From: Octopus sinensis
Lineage: Eukaryota
NCBI RefSeq assembly: GCF_006345805.1
Contig: NC_043000.1
Coordinates: 136,648,001 to 136,712,000, forward strand
Direction of reading: 5' to 3'
DNA length: 64,000 nucleotides
Shown here piece by piece: positions 26,083 through 37,735 of the stretch (position 1 is its first letter; every line of letters starts with the position of its first letter). The position numbers were made by a program, and so were the translations under genes. Below the pieces are notes generated by a model. The model was not told the origin of the DNA, searched no databases, and saw nothing but the letters and a program-made list of their open reading frames with translations.

Positions 26083-26135
26083 CTCAATTGACAAATAATT
26101 TGGTATTTTGCAGCAACATCACAGTACTTTAACTT
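26083..26135 (-). CDS. Candidate exon (unverified)
   Basis: tttcattttctttacag acceptor, GAG/GTATAA donor; only phase 0 is open: KLKYCDVAAKYQIICQL. Confidence 0.22.
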
Positions 26136-26766
26136 CTGTAAAGAAAATGAAATATTTCCCTTTTTCAATATACTACTACTACTACTACTGCTGCTGCTAC
26201 TAAAAGTGCTGCTGTTGTTGTTGTTGTTGTTGCTGCTATTGTAGTAGTAGTTGTTGTTGTTGTTGTTGTTGTTGTTTATAGTTGTGGTCATGTTACTGAT
26301 AGTATTTCATTTTATGTTTTCATGGAAGCTTTTCTCTGTAATATCATGTAGATTTCTGGGTTCCTCAGGGGCATTCATTTTTCATTGTTGCTTGTTGCTT
26401 ACTGTTAATCTACTGACTGGGTCTATAAAACAAAAAAAAAAAGAAAAGAAAAAGGAAGAAGAAACGAGATGAGGGTAAATGATTTCTGGCTCTAAGAGAT
26501 ATATGAGATCTTTCACCAAATCCTTGAGGGATATATGAACCAATGATAGTAGATTTAAAGATTTTTCAATTGCATATCATGATTTCTGTTAACAGTGGTG
26601 AAATGCTGTTGTTGTCCAATTATTATGGTGTTTTATCTGGAAAGTTCTGAATGGTAGTGTAACAAGTTGTTAAGATTAAAAAGTTAATTTGTATATATGA
26701 GATAGGTTTAGTTGTGGTTCAGCAGTGTTATTTCACAACCACGGTGCTGCAAGTTCAATTACACTA

Positions 26767-27155
26767 TCTCTTTCTCTCTTTTACTTGTTTCAGTCATTTG
26801 ACTGCAGCCGTGCTGGAGCACCGCCTTTAGTCGAGCAAATCGACCCCGGGACTTATTCTTTGTAAGCCCAGTACTTATTGTATTGGTCTCTTTTGCCGAA
26901 CCGCTAAGTGATGGGGACATAAACACACCAGCATTGGTTGTCAAGCAATGCTCGGGAGACAAACACACACACATATATATATACACATATACGACAGGCT
27001 TCTTTCAGTTTCCCTCTACCAAATCCACTCACAAGGCATTGGTCGGCCTGAGGCTATAGTAGAAGACACTTGCCCAAGGTGCCACACAGTGGGACTGAAC
27101 CCGGAACCATGTGGTTGGTTAGCAAACTACTTGCCACACAGCCACTCCGTGCCTA
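26767..27155 (-). mobile_element. SINE family A, full length
   Basis: Reverse complement of the family A consensus. Confidence 0.9.
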
Positions 27156-27512
27156 CAGTACTTTGCGCCTATGCAGTACTTTGGGTAGAATTCTGCTATA
27201 GCCTTGTGTTGACCAAAGCTTTTTGAGCTTCTGTTGCACTAACCCTCCATTTCTTCATCTTTAATGCCACCAAAACCAATGAAACTGCTGCAACTGCTGC
27301 TGCTGTTGCTGTCTACATGATCACCTTAATCATTAACACAATCATCGCCATCATGATCATCATTTTTATTCTACGTTCTGAAATTGCCCCCTCCCCCACA
27401 TACTCACACCTCCACCTTCTTTATCTTTGCTGCCTTTTCCATTAGTACGATGATCAACTTTTACATTATCTTTATCCTCACCATCTACATATGCATGTAT
27501 GTGTGTTTGTAT

Positions 27513-27586
<74 letters not shown>

Positions 27587-27659
27587 ATCTATCTTTATAT
27601 ATATATGTATATACACATATACATATACATATATATATATATGTATATATTACACACAC

Positions 27660-27890
27660 GGTCACATTCAATATGTGACCACATGTGTATCGTTGGCGAT
27701 TTTTTTTCCTCCGTCTTCCCTTCCTTGGATCTTTCCTTTCCTATGTTTCTAACGAAGAGCTCTGCTCGAAAAAATTAAATCCTCCTTCTTTCTTTCCTTT
27801 CCTGAGCGTCCAATAACACTATACTTGTTCCCCATCCTTGCATTGCTGTGTTTCCTCTTTGTGTTTTCATGTTTGGATTAACTATATATA
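27660..27890 (+). mobile_element. Short Penelope-type repeat (family i) with degenerate hammerhead core at 27746-27779
   Basis: TTT-CTAACGA-AGAGC-TCT-GCTC-GAAA; homologous to 23805-24030. Confidence 0.75.
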
Positions 27891-29399
27891 AATCAAAATC
27901 AAAACAAATCAAAATAGATGAACATCAATGGAATCTGTATCTTTGTGGTACCAGTGCCGGTGGCACACAAGAGAATCATCCGAACGTGGCTGTAGCCAGT
28001 TCCGCATCGACCGGCCTCCGTGCTGTGGGCACGCAACAAACACCATCCGATCATGGCCGTTCGCCAGCCTCATCTGGCACCTGTGTCGGTGGCACATAAA
28101 AACACCTTCCGAAGACCCGGCAAGACTAGTTAGTCCACCTGTGCATACCTTCCTTCTTGTGACACTTGTGAAGACCTGTTGAGGCAAGTGAAAATCAAAT
28201 CAAATCAAAATAGATGAACATCAATGGAATTTGTATCTTTGTGGTACCAGTGCCTGTGGCACACAAGAGATCCATCCGAACGTGGCCGTAGTCAGTACCG
28301 CATCGACTGGCCATCGTGCTGTGGGCACATAACAAACACCATCCGATCGTGGCCGTTCGCCAGCCTCATCTAGCACCTGTGTCGGTGGCACATAAAAACA
28401 CCATCCGAAGACCCGGCAAGACTAGTCAGGCCATATCCCATGGCCCCTACCTGGGACGTAGTCAGTCCACCTGTGCATACCTTCCTCCTTGTGATACTTG
28501 TGAAGGCCTGTTGAGGCAAGTGAAAATCAAAATGAAATCAAAACAAATCAAATCAAATCAAATCAAAACAAATCAAAATAGATGAACATTAATGGAATTG
28601 TATCTTTGTGGTACCAGTGCCGGTGGCACACAAGAAAACCATCCGAACGTGGCCGTAGCCAGTACCGCACCGACTGGCCTCTGTGCTGTGGGCACGTAAC
28701 AAACACCATCCGATCGTGGCCGTTCGCCAGCCTCATCTGGCACCTGTGTCGGTGGCACATAAAAACACCATCCGAAGACCCGGCAAGACTAGTCAGGCCA
28801 TAATCTGTGGCCCCTACCTGGGACGTAGTCAGTCCACCTGTGCATACCTTCCTTCTTGTGACACTTGTGAAGACCTGTTGAGGCAAGTGAAAATCAAAAC
28901 AAATCAAAATAGATGAACATCAATGGAATTTGTATCTTTGTGGTACCAGTGCCGGTGGCACGTGGCACACAAGAAAACCATCCGAACATGGCCGTAGCCA
29001 GTACCGCATTGACTGGCCTCCGTGCTGTGGGCACGTAACAAACACCATCCGATCGTGGCCGTTTGCCAGCCTCATCTGGCACCTGTGTCGGTGGCACATA
29101 AAAACACCATCCGAGCGTGGCCATCTGCCAGCCTCGTCTGGCACCTGTGTCGGTGGCACATAAAAAACACCATCCGAGCGTGGCCGTTTGCCAGCCTCGT
29201 CTGGCACCTGTGTCAGTGGCACATAAAATCACCCACTACACTCTCGGAGTGGTTGGCGTTAGGAAGGGCATCCAGCTGTAGAAACACTGCCAGATCTGAC
29301 TGGACTGGTGCAGCTTTCGGGCTCCCCAGACCCCAGTTGAACCGTCCAACCCATGCTAGCATGGAAAGCGGACGTTAAATGATGATGATGATGATGATG
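27891..29399 (+). repeat. Hierarchical tandem array (four ~300-370-bp units plus ~60-bp subrepeats) ending in the family C tail
   Basis: TAGATGAACAT anchor recurs near 27914, 28211, 28579 and 28909; the last unit runs into the tail and (GAT)n. Confidence 0.9.
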
Positions 29400-29519
29400 A
29401 AATATATATAACTTAGATAACTTAGATATGTTTTGACCAAAGATTGGTCCAGGCCATGTCTAACTTAATAGCACCACCTGATAGGATTATTTGAATCCTG
29501 TTTAAGTCAAGATTTGTTT

Positions 29520-29960
29520 AAGTCAAGTTTTGTTCAAGTAGTGAGTTCTTGTGGGGTGAGTTGTATCCAATTATGGGTGGCTTATCTGGTATTCTTTGAA
29601 GGAATCTATCCAGACTCCGTTTAAAGTTGATGGGATCCTTTTCCTCTTTGATCTCCCTCGGGACAATGTTAAATAGGGCAGGGCCTGTTGAGGAAAAGAA
29701 ATTATGTTGCAGTGTACATGTATGTTGTGATCTTGAATTGGGCAGGGGATGTATGGCCCGTGGTTCCAGTCTTGGATGAACCTTGAAGCTAATCTTAAGG
29801 TCGTTTGGGCAAAGTTGGCGGTATATTCTCCACATCGTACAAATGATGTACTGCTCACGGCGACGCTTGGAGGGAGTAAAGTTTCAAGGCTTTAAGGTGA
29901 TCCCAATAATCGAGAGCAGCCATGCCTTCAATTCGTTTAGTGAGTGCCCTATGGAGTAGG
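29520..29960 (-). mobile_element. CR1/L2-group LINE ORF2 C-terminal remnant
   Basis: KRRREQYIICTMWRI...GPALFNIVPREIKEEKDPINFKRSLDRFLQRIPDKP matches the RRERY..W.I and FK..LD.FL..IPD.P motifs. Confidence 0.8.
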
Positions 29961-30328
29961 TAAGATACAGGCTACACAAGTTTCATAGTGGGCAGAACCT
30001 CAGAAGTGGTAAGAATCTAAACAAGGTGTATACCACTGGCTAATCTTCAGGCCAAGGATATCTTGATTAAATTAAAAGGATGTATATGTTGATACATGGA
30101 AGATTCTCAGTTCGTGCTGACCCAGAACTAAATAACAACAAACATGATCAGAAGTTCAAAACTAACCTTGCTTCTTCACCTACATCCTTGTGACAATGTA
30201 ACCTTCAATTTAATCAAGATATCTTTGGCTTGAAGGGTAGCTGGCACTATACACCTCACTTGGATTTTTATCACTTCTGAGATTCTGCCTGCTATGAACA
30301 TATGTAGCCCAGATCTTACTAACTCCAT
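29951..30328. repeat. Foldback with ~130-bp imperfect arms
   Basis: 29951-30079 aligns with the reverse complement of 30204-30328 (e.g. GATATCTTGATTAAATT in both). Confidence 0.8.
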
Positions 30329-30551
30329 TCTGTAACTCTAGTATTCTTATTCACATGCTCAGCAACCCTGGTCACCTACCGTGAAATATAAAAAGAACAT
30401 CTTTTCATCTTATCATTTTCTGGTACAAAAAAATCCACAACCTTCCACCTCAATAAACCACTATTGTCTCTAAAAGCTGTTTTTTTTATACTTACTATGG
30501 ATTGCATGAAGCTAACTTTATTCCTCCACCTTCATCTCCAGATATTACATT

Positions 30552-30552
<1 letters not shown>

Positions 30553-30585
<33 letters not shown>

Positions 30586-30700
30586 TGTATGTATGTATGT
30601 ATGTATGTATGTATGTATGTATGTATGTATGTATGTATGTATGTATGTACACACACACACACACACACACATATATACATATATATATATATATATGTGT
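30553..30700. repeat. (TATG)n/(CA)n/(TA)n microsatellite
   Basis: Direct inspection. Confidence 0.95.
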
Positions 30701-31017
30701 GCATGTGTGGGTGTATGTATAGGTATGAAAAATATATAATATGATGATGAATATGTGTGTGTGTATATATGTAGTCACAAGCATGGCACGTGTGGTAAAA
30801 AAGTTCACTTCCCAATGTTCTTCATCAAAGGATGAAAGCTAGTACCCATGATCAATCACATGGCCACCAAAACTGAAGGGAGAAAGTTATCCCCAGTTTG
30901 GAAACCCTGATCACATGCTTGAAAATGAGAGGATCTACTAAAGGCATCCTAAGAGTAGATGATGTAGCTAAGCTAGGGGACAGATTAAGTAAAATCTGTG
31001 GATTAATAGCTGAAATA

Positions 31018-32265
31018 CAGGGGTTGGACAAAATAATAGAAACACCTTAAAATTTCAAACAAATTTATTTCAGTATGGAGTAGGACTCCTTTAGCAGTAA
31101 TTACAGCTTGAATTTTACAAGGTATGGACTCATACAAAGTTTGAATTGTTTCCAAAGGAATTTTCGTCCATTCTTCAGCTAAAACAGTCTTCAGTTCTTA
31201 TAGTGATGATGGTGGAGGATATCAACTCCTTATTTGTTTTGCTAAAATGCACCATAAATATTCAATAATATTGGGATCGGGGGACTGTGGTGGCCAGATA
31301 AGATGTTTAACTTCACTAGAATGTTCCTCATGCCATTCAGTAACAACTTTAGCCGTGTGAATTGGTGCATTATCATCCTGAAAGACTGTGCTTCCTTCCG
31401 GAAACAGTTCCACAACCGTAGGATGAGTTTGATCAGATAAAAGGCTTAAATAGTCTTGACTATTAATTCTGCCATGAAGGGAAACCATTGAGCCAGCAAA
31501 TTTCCAAGATATAGCCCCCCTCCTCCAGATCATCACAGATCCGCCTCCATGTTTAACAGTTGGAAGAAGGCATTCTGGGTCAAATGCTTCTTTTGGCTGT
31601 CTCCACAAAGTGGTCAGAAATAAGGTAAAGGATGACTTGTCTGAGAAAATAACATTCTTCCACTACTCCAGGTACTAATTCTCTAAGTTTTTACTCCACT
31701 CTAAATGCTTTGCAACGTTTGATTTAGAAAGTGGTGGTTTTCTGATTGCAGCCCTCTCATGAAATCTAGCTTTGTGCAGCTCCTGGAGAACAGTTTTTAT
31801 GGAAACTGGGTTCTTGAGGTTGTCACTAAGCTCTGCAGCAATTCTGAGTGCTGTACTTTTGTGATCCTTTCTAATAATTCAAGTAAGCGTCCAACAGTCC
31901 CTATCTAAAAGTTTTGGTTTTCTTCTAGAGTTTTATTTCCCGCTTTCTCAAAGGCTGTCATAACTTTTGAGACAGTACTTCTTGATACACAGAAAATTTC
32001 AGCTGTTTTCATTATGCTAGCGCCTGCCATATAAGCACCAACAATTTGACCTTTTTGAAAGTCCAAAGATTTGTCATTTTAATGAATTTTAATTACCTTT
32101 TTCTGATGATATCTGAAAAGAAACAGCAATTTTAGCAAAACATATTAAGCAATACTAATAATAAATCAAAAAACATAAAAATAAACAAGCTTTTGACAGT
32201 TTTATAGATATTTCAAAATTATGATGTATGATGCTAGGGGTTTCCATTATTTTGTTCAACCCCTG
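31018..32265 (-). mobile_element. Full-length Tc1-type transposon (DD36E spacing), transposase disrupted
   Basis: TA target duplication; ~27-bp TIRs CAGGGGTTG(G/A)ACAAAATAAT(A/G)GAAAC; decayed start near 32077; ORF 31222-31608 with TVKHGGGSVMIW, FQDDNAPIH and WPPQSPDPNIIE. Confidence 0.92.
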
Positions 32266-33201
32266 TACATTCATATGTGAGGAGCATTCCAGTGAATCAA
32301 AAATAAAGTGAAACCAATCAGTAAATAAACTGATAGCAGTGAACTAATATCTTATAAATAATTCTGCTTGTCACTGCATTACTTAGCTTGTTGGTAATGC
32401 TTTCATGTCATTAGAGAAAAAGAGGAAGAAAGAAAAAAGAGAGGGGGAGAGAAAAAGGAGAGAGAAGCGTCCATGACATGAAGTAAAGGGAATGTAATTG
32501 TAATATTTTCATGTAATTAGTTGAAGGGAAAAAGAAGAGAAAGAAAAAGGAGAGAGAAAAAGAGGATAAGGCGAAGAGTGAGAAGAAAGTGGGAGAAAGA
32601 AAAAGAAGGAGAGAGAAGCATCCATGATGAGAGGTAGGGGGAACGTAATATTTATTACGTGGTTAAAAAAGTTAGTTGAAGGTAGAGGAGGAGGGTTAAA
32701 AATATAATTTTAGCAGAGGGGTGATGTTCTGATGGTGAGTTAAAGAAAGGCAAAGAGAGCAGAGGGAGACAGAGAGAGGGAAAGAGATGATGATGGTGGT
32801 TGTGGTGGTGATTGGATAGTGAAAAGTGTAATTTTTTAAAATTCAACTAACTTTTTTATATCACTTATCAATCAATTTTCATTTAATTCATATGAAAATA
32901 TAATAATGCTTATTTGCATGTATGTTTTATTTTCTAAGAATTTACACTTAATTTTTAAAAGGACTATTATGTTGGTTAGATTTTAAAATAGAAATTAGAA
33001 CGTGTATTTTTCATTAACTGGCAAGCGTAAGGTGTATCCAACCTAATCCAAGTCTAGAATTACTTTTCTGCTTACTATAGATTAGATTCATGTTCTTTTA
33101 CGTCTCCATTTCATCTTTGTCAATATAGATCTCAGAGTTCTCTCCTTTACCCTTCTCAACAAGAATTATCATTAAGATAAATGATTTTCTTTTCCTTTCA
33201 G

Positions 33202-33258
33202 GTGTAACTTTTATTGATTCAGACAGTGTATTATATTTTGTTACCATCAGATTTACCT
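33202..33258 (+). CDS. Candidate 57-nt exon (unverified)
   Basis: Strong acceptor ttttcttttcctttcag, donor CCT/GTATGT; phase 1-1 VTFIDSDSVLYFVTIRFT. Confidence 0.25.
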
Positions 33259-33584
33259 GTATGTACTGTATCCCATATATATACCCTCCATAAAAAATGT
33301 TCCTGTATCATCTTATTCCATTTCAGCAGGAGGCAAAAAGTTTGATATTCCATGACTAGTACTATTCTTTGTCACTGGCCAAAAGAACCATAACTTTCCA
33401 AAGATCATTCAATCTAGATGAAAGACACAATATATCTTGAAACTATTACACTATTTTATGGAGCTTAATTTAAATCCTTTATGCCAAAAAGAAAAAAGTC
33501 TCTAAACTAGTTTCTTCTCTATTGGTAGGAATATTTTTGCATAGTTTGACAATGAAGGATAGAATAATTTTGAACATTATATAT

Positions 33585-33966
33585 GTGGAACTCCATCGGT
33601 TACGGTGACAGGTTTCCAGTTGATCCAATCAACGGAACAGCCTACTCGTGAAATTAACGTGTAAGTGGCTGAGCACTCCACAGACATGTGCACCCTGAAT
33701 GTAGTTCTCGGGGAGATTCAGCGTGACACGTAGTGTGACAAGACTGGCCCTTTGAAATACAGGTACAAGAGAAACAGAAAGAAAAGAGTGAAAGAAAGTT
33801 GTGGTGAATGAGTACAGCAGGGTTCACCACCACCCCATGCCAGAGCCTCGTGGAGCTGTAGGTGTTTTCGCTCAATAAACACTCATAACGCCCAGTCTGG
33901 GGATCGAAACTGCGATCCTATGATCGCGAGTCTACTGCCCTAGCCACTGGGCCATTGCGCCTCCAC
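33585..33966 (-). mobile_element. SINE family D, full length, 11-bp TSD
   Basis: GAACATTATAT at 33572-33582 and 33967-33977. Confidence 0.9.
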
Positions 33967-35019
33967 GAACATTATATTACTTCATAAAGAAACAAGGTAC
34001 TCAGTGACATTTACTTCCCAAATTAGGTTGAACTGATAGTCTAAATTGCTACACAAGTTGCAGAAAATTCTCATCAATAGTTTATAATAAGCCAATATGA
34101 AATTAATGAATAGATAGATAAAAAAAATAAATACATTGTGAAATTTATACAGGTGGTTTTTTTTTACACGGAATATATGATTGGTATATATCAAATATGC
34201 CACTAATATTTTCTGTACTACAAAATAAATTATTAATTAGCATTAATGTGCAGATTGAAAGTAATGATAGGATTAACCTTAATAGAAGCAACTGAGAGAT
34301 GCTACAAATGACAAATGGAATCAATAACCATTATGCACTGCTAAATTTCCTAGATAGAAAAATTTACTAAGACTTTCGTTTAAAAATCTACAATGTAATT
34401 TCAGTGTTAGCTGTGTTCAGTGTACTGAAAATATTTTAATACAAGATCAGATGATATAATGAACAAATTTAGTAGAAATTTCTTTCTAAGCATATCTATA
34501 TTAGAAAATGTCTTAGTTGGAAAAAATAGATAATTTCCAAGTTCTTTGTAATTAACATTAGTTACTTTAAATTAGCAATCTATAAAAAGAAAAATTTTGT
34601 GTACAAAATATTTTTCAGCTTAGTATGTATGACATTTCTGAGATAATCATCTTGATAAATATTCACAAATACAAGATGTTGATATATCAGCTTATGTAAC
34701 GTAGTACCATAGAAGTATTTTCAAGAAGAGTTGACGGTTCTACTTTAGAATAATCTGACAGATGTCATGGGCAAAAGCATGGGCTGTGGTTCACTATAAA
34801 TAGTAGCAGGTTTGATCACATTCCCTGGTAATTTGGACAAATGTCTTCTACCATAACACTGGGTCTGCCAAAGTGAGGAGTGAAATTTGACAGAAATAGC
34901 ACTGAAGTTCAAAGAATGCTTGTGTGTATCTGTCTGTAATTATATATATTATATAAATATATGTGTATTTATACGTATGTGTATATAAATGTGAGTGTGT
35001 GTGTATGTGTGTGTGTGAG

Positions 35020-35900
35020 TTTATGGTGAAAAGTAGGCATTAAAAGCAGGTAATAAAATGCATATTATTTTTACAAATTTATCGAAACAAATGATGCATG
35101 TTCTTTATTACATGGGGAAAATGAAAGTAAATCTTCATATTTTAATGTAAGCACCAGTGACATCAACCAGTTTCCTCAAATGGCTGGGGTGGAAGAACAA
35201 CCTTCTAAAGGACATCATCTGGGATATCAGTGAGAACCTCCTGAATCTGTGTCTCCAAGTCCTTCAGGGTGTGAGGTTTTGTCTTGTACAACTCCTCCTT
35301 TGTGTAACCCCACAGGTAAAAAAATCACATGGAATGAGACCTGGACATCATGGAGTTCTGGACTTCTGGGCTTCTACGGTCACAGTCTTCAGGTTTTAGC
35401 TCCATGAACGAAAATTCAATTCTTTATGCAACACCGTACGTATTGTGTGTCTTGTTAGTCCATTTTTACGAGCCGCTTGACGTGTTGATCTTTGCAGGCT
35501 GTGATTTAAAATTTCCTGCACTTTTGCCATGTTCTCCACTGATCGGGATGTGGTTGGATGGCCACTTGTTCTTGCATCGTTCACAGAGCCCGTGGTCATC
35601 AACTTTGCATGACAACTTTTTATTGTCTCTGGACGTAGTGTTGCATGCTCACCTTTCTATGCACGCCACCATCACTGAACCAAAACAATGGAATTCCACA
35701 CTTCATAGCATACTGTTATCTTAGCTCACTCCTGAACAGTCAAGCGACCAGCCATTTACAAAATAAGAAATAAGACAATAAGAAAATACGAAATCCCCAT
35801 TTGTGTTGTCTGTTAAAAAATGTTTTCATGACTTCAGTCATACAAAAAATTCTATAAGCAATTTCTGATACCTAGTTACTTTTCACCCACCCAGAGTGTA
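35020..35900 (-). mobile_element. Internally deleted mariner-superfamily element (maT/rosa-like)
   Basis: N-terminal KLMTTGSVNDARTSGHPTTSRSVEN and C-terminal LIPCDFF/LWGYTKEELYKTKPHTL; central catalytic region missing; GGTGAAAAGTA occurs in inverted orientation near both ends. Confidence 0.75.
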
Positions 35901-35904
35901 CTAC

Positions 35905-36990
35905 ACAAGGTCAATACTAAGAGCCTATACCCAGATGTAACTGTCGGGACTCAGGATCCTGTCCACTTGACCAACAATGTATGACTAAATCAGCCATATA
36001 TGTGGCAGAAGTTACTGCAATGCTAGTTGATAATACAACAGATAAGAAGACCTATATTGGATTATGTGAATGAGAATTTAAATACTTTTTTCTACTCTAA
36101 GCATAAGGCTCGACATTTTGGGAGAAGGGTCCAGTCGATTAGATCAACCCCACAGTAGACAACTGGTACTTAATTTATCGACCCTGAGAGGATGAAAGGC
36201 AAAGTTGACCTCGGTGGAATTTGAACTCAGAATGTAAAGACTGATGAAATACCCATAAGCATTTTGCCTGGTGTGCTAACGTTTCTGCCAGCTCCCTGCC
36301 TTGGAGAATTTAAATATTTATTTCTTTATTGCCCACAGGAGGCTAAACATAGAGGGAACAAACAAGAACAGACAAAGGGATTAAGTCGATTACATCAACC
36401 CAGTGCATAACTGGTACTTATTTAATCGACCCTGAAAGGATGAAAAGTAGAGTCAACCTCGGCGGAATTTGAGCTCAGAACGTAAAGACAGACAAAATAC
36501 CGCTAAGCATTTCACCCGGCATGGTAAAGTTTCTGCCAGCACGCTGCCTTGGAGAATTTAAGTATTTTTTTCTACTCTAGGTACAAGACCCAAAATTTTG
36601 GGGAGGGGGCCAGTCTATTAGATTATCCCCAGTATGCAACTGGTACTTAATTTATCGACCTTGAAATGTAGCCTTGGAGAATTTAAGTACTGCTATGCCA
36701 ATCACATAGCCTCTTTCCAACATAAGGAAAAAAAGCAAAGTTACTAAGTTTGCTAGCCATGTATGGAGTTTGAAATGTAAAGCAACACCACATTATTAAG
36801 TGATTAAGTGGAAAATAATTGAAAAATCTACACCTTATGTTAATGGATCAAATAAATGTAAGTTATGTTTAACTGAAAGAGCTCCAATTCTTTTCAGATC
36901 TAACATCCCTAACTCACTGCTGAACACCAAGTCTGAAATTTTCAGTGGTTATAAACATATGTTGAAGTATATTTTGAAGAACTGGAAAAT
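35905..36990 (+). mobile_element. Penelope-like element GIY-YIG endonuclease remnant, interrupted by a SINE array
   Basis: RCNCRDSGSCPLDQQCMTKSAIYVAEV...KTYIGLCE*EFKY before the insertion; after it EFKYCYANHIASF, then KWKIIEKSTPYVNGSNKCKLCLTE...LLNTKSEIFS. Confidence 0.85.
36086..36673 (-). mobile_element. Three tandem family B SINE units, each bounded by the same target sequence
   Basis: GAGAATTTAA(A/G)TA near 36072, 36304, 36552 and 36677. Confidence 0.9.
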
Positions 36991-37000
36991 TCCACCTATA

Positions 37001-37420
37001 CACCCATCCGTTCGTGGCCTTTTGCCAGCCCTGTCTGGCCCCCATGTCAGTGACATGTAAAAGCACCATCCATTTGTGTCCGTTTGCCAGCCCTGTCTGG
37101 CCCCCATGTCGGTGACATGTAAAAGCACCATCCGTTCGTGCCCGTTGCCAGCCTCGCCTGGCCCCCGTGCCGGTGACACATAAAAGCACCATCCGTTCGT
37201 GGCCGTTTGCCAGCTATGTCTGGCACCTGTGCAGGTGGCACGTAAAAAGCACCCACTACGCTCGCGGAGTGGTTGGCGTTAGGAAGGGCATCCAGCCGTA
37301 GAAACACTGCCAGATCTGACTGGGCCTGATGAAGCCTTCCAGCTTCACAGACCCCAGTTGAACCGTCCAACCCATGCTAGTATAGAGAACGGACGCTAAA
37401 TGATGATGATGATGATGATG
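37001..37420 (+). mobile_element. Family C element with ~60-bp subrepeats
   Basis: Repeated AAAAGCACCATCCGTTCGTGGCC units, then the tail. Confidence 0.85.
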
Positions 37421-37699
37421 ACAAGATTAACTTCTTGATATCTTTCCAGCCTTCATCGTCACCATCACCATCACCATTTAGCATCCGCTTACCATGCTGG
37501 CATGTATTAAATGATTTGATTGAAACTGATAAGCTGGAGAGGTGCACTTGGTTGCAATTCGAGTTGGCATGACTCTCTCTCTCTCTCTCTCTCTGTATAT
37601 ATATATATAATGTATGTATGTGTGTATGTATGTATTTCGCCATGATGGACCACTGAAATCTACAAGGTTTTTTCATTCTTTGTTTCTTTTCTCTTATTC

Positions 37700-37735
37700 C
37701 TTTCTGTTGAAGAGCGTAGGCTTGAAACATAAAAG
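37700..37735 (+). ncRNA. Minimal type I hammerhead-like motif, variant core CUGUUGA (family ii)
   Basis: CTTT-CTGTTGA-AGAGC-GTAG-GCTT-GAAA-CA-TA-AAAG, within a repeat spanning about 37630-37825. Confidence 0.6.

Noticed and set aside
27891-29399. CRISPR-like repeat/spacer array
   Set aside because: The intervening segments are themselves repeated and related, there is no constant repeat with unique spacers, no cas genes are present, and the array ends in a retrotransposon tail in eukaryotic DNA.
32400-32700. Purine-rich diverged tandem duplication as a functional element
   Set aside because: Low-complexity GA-rich sequence with no further supporting structure.
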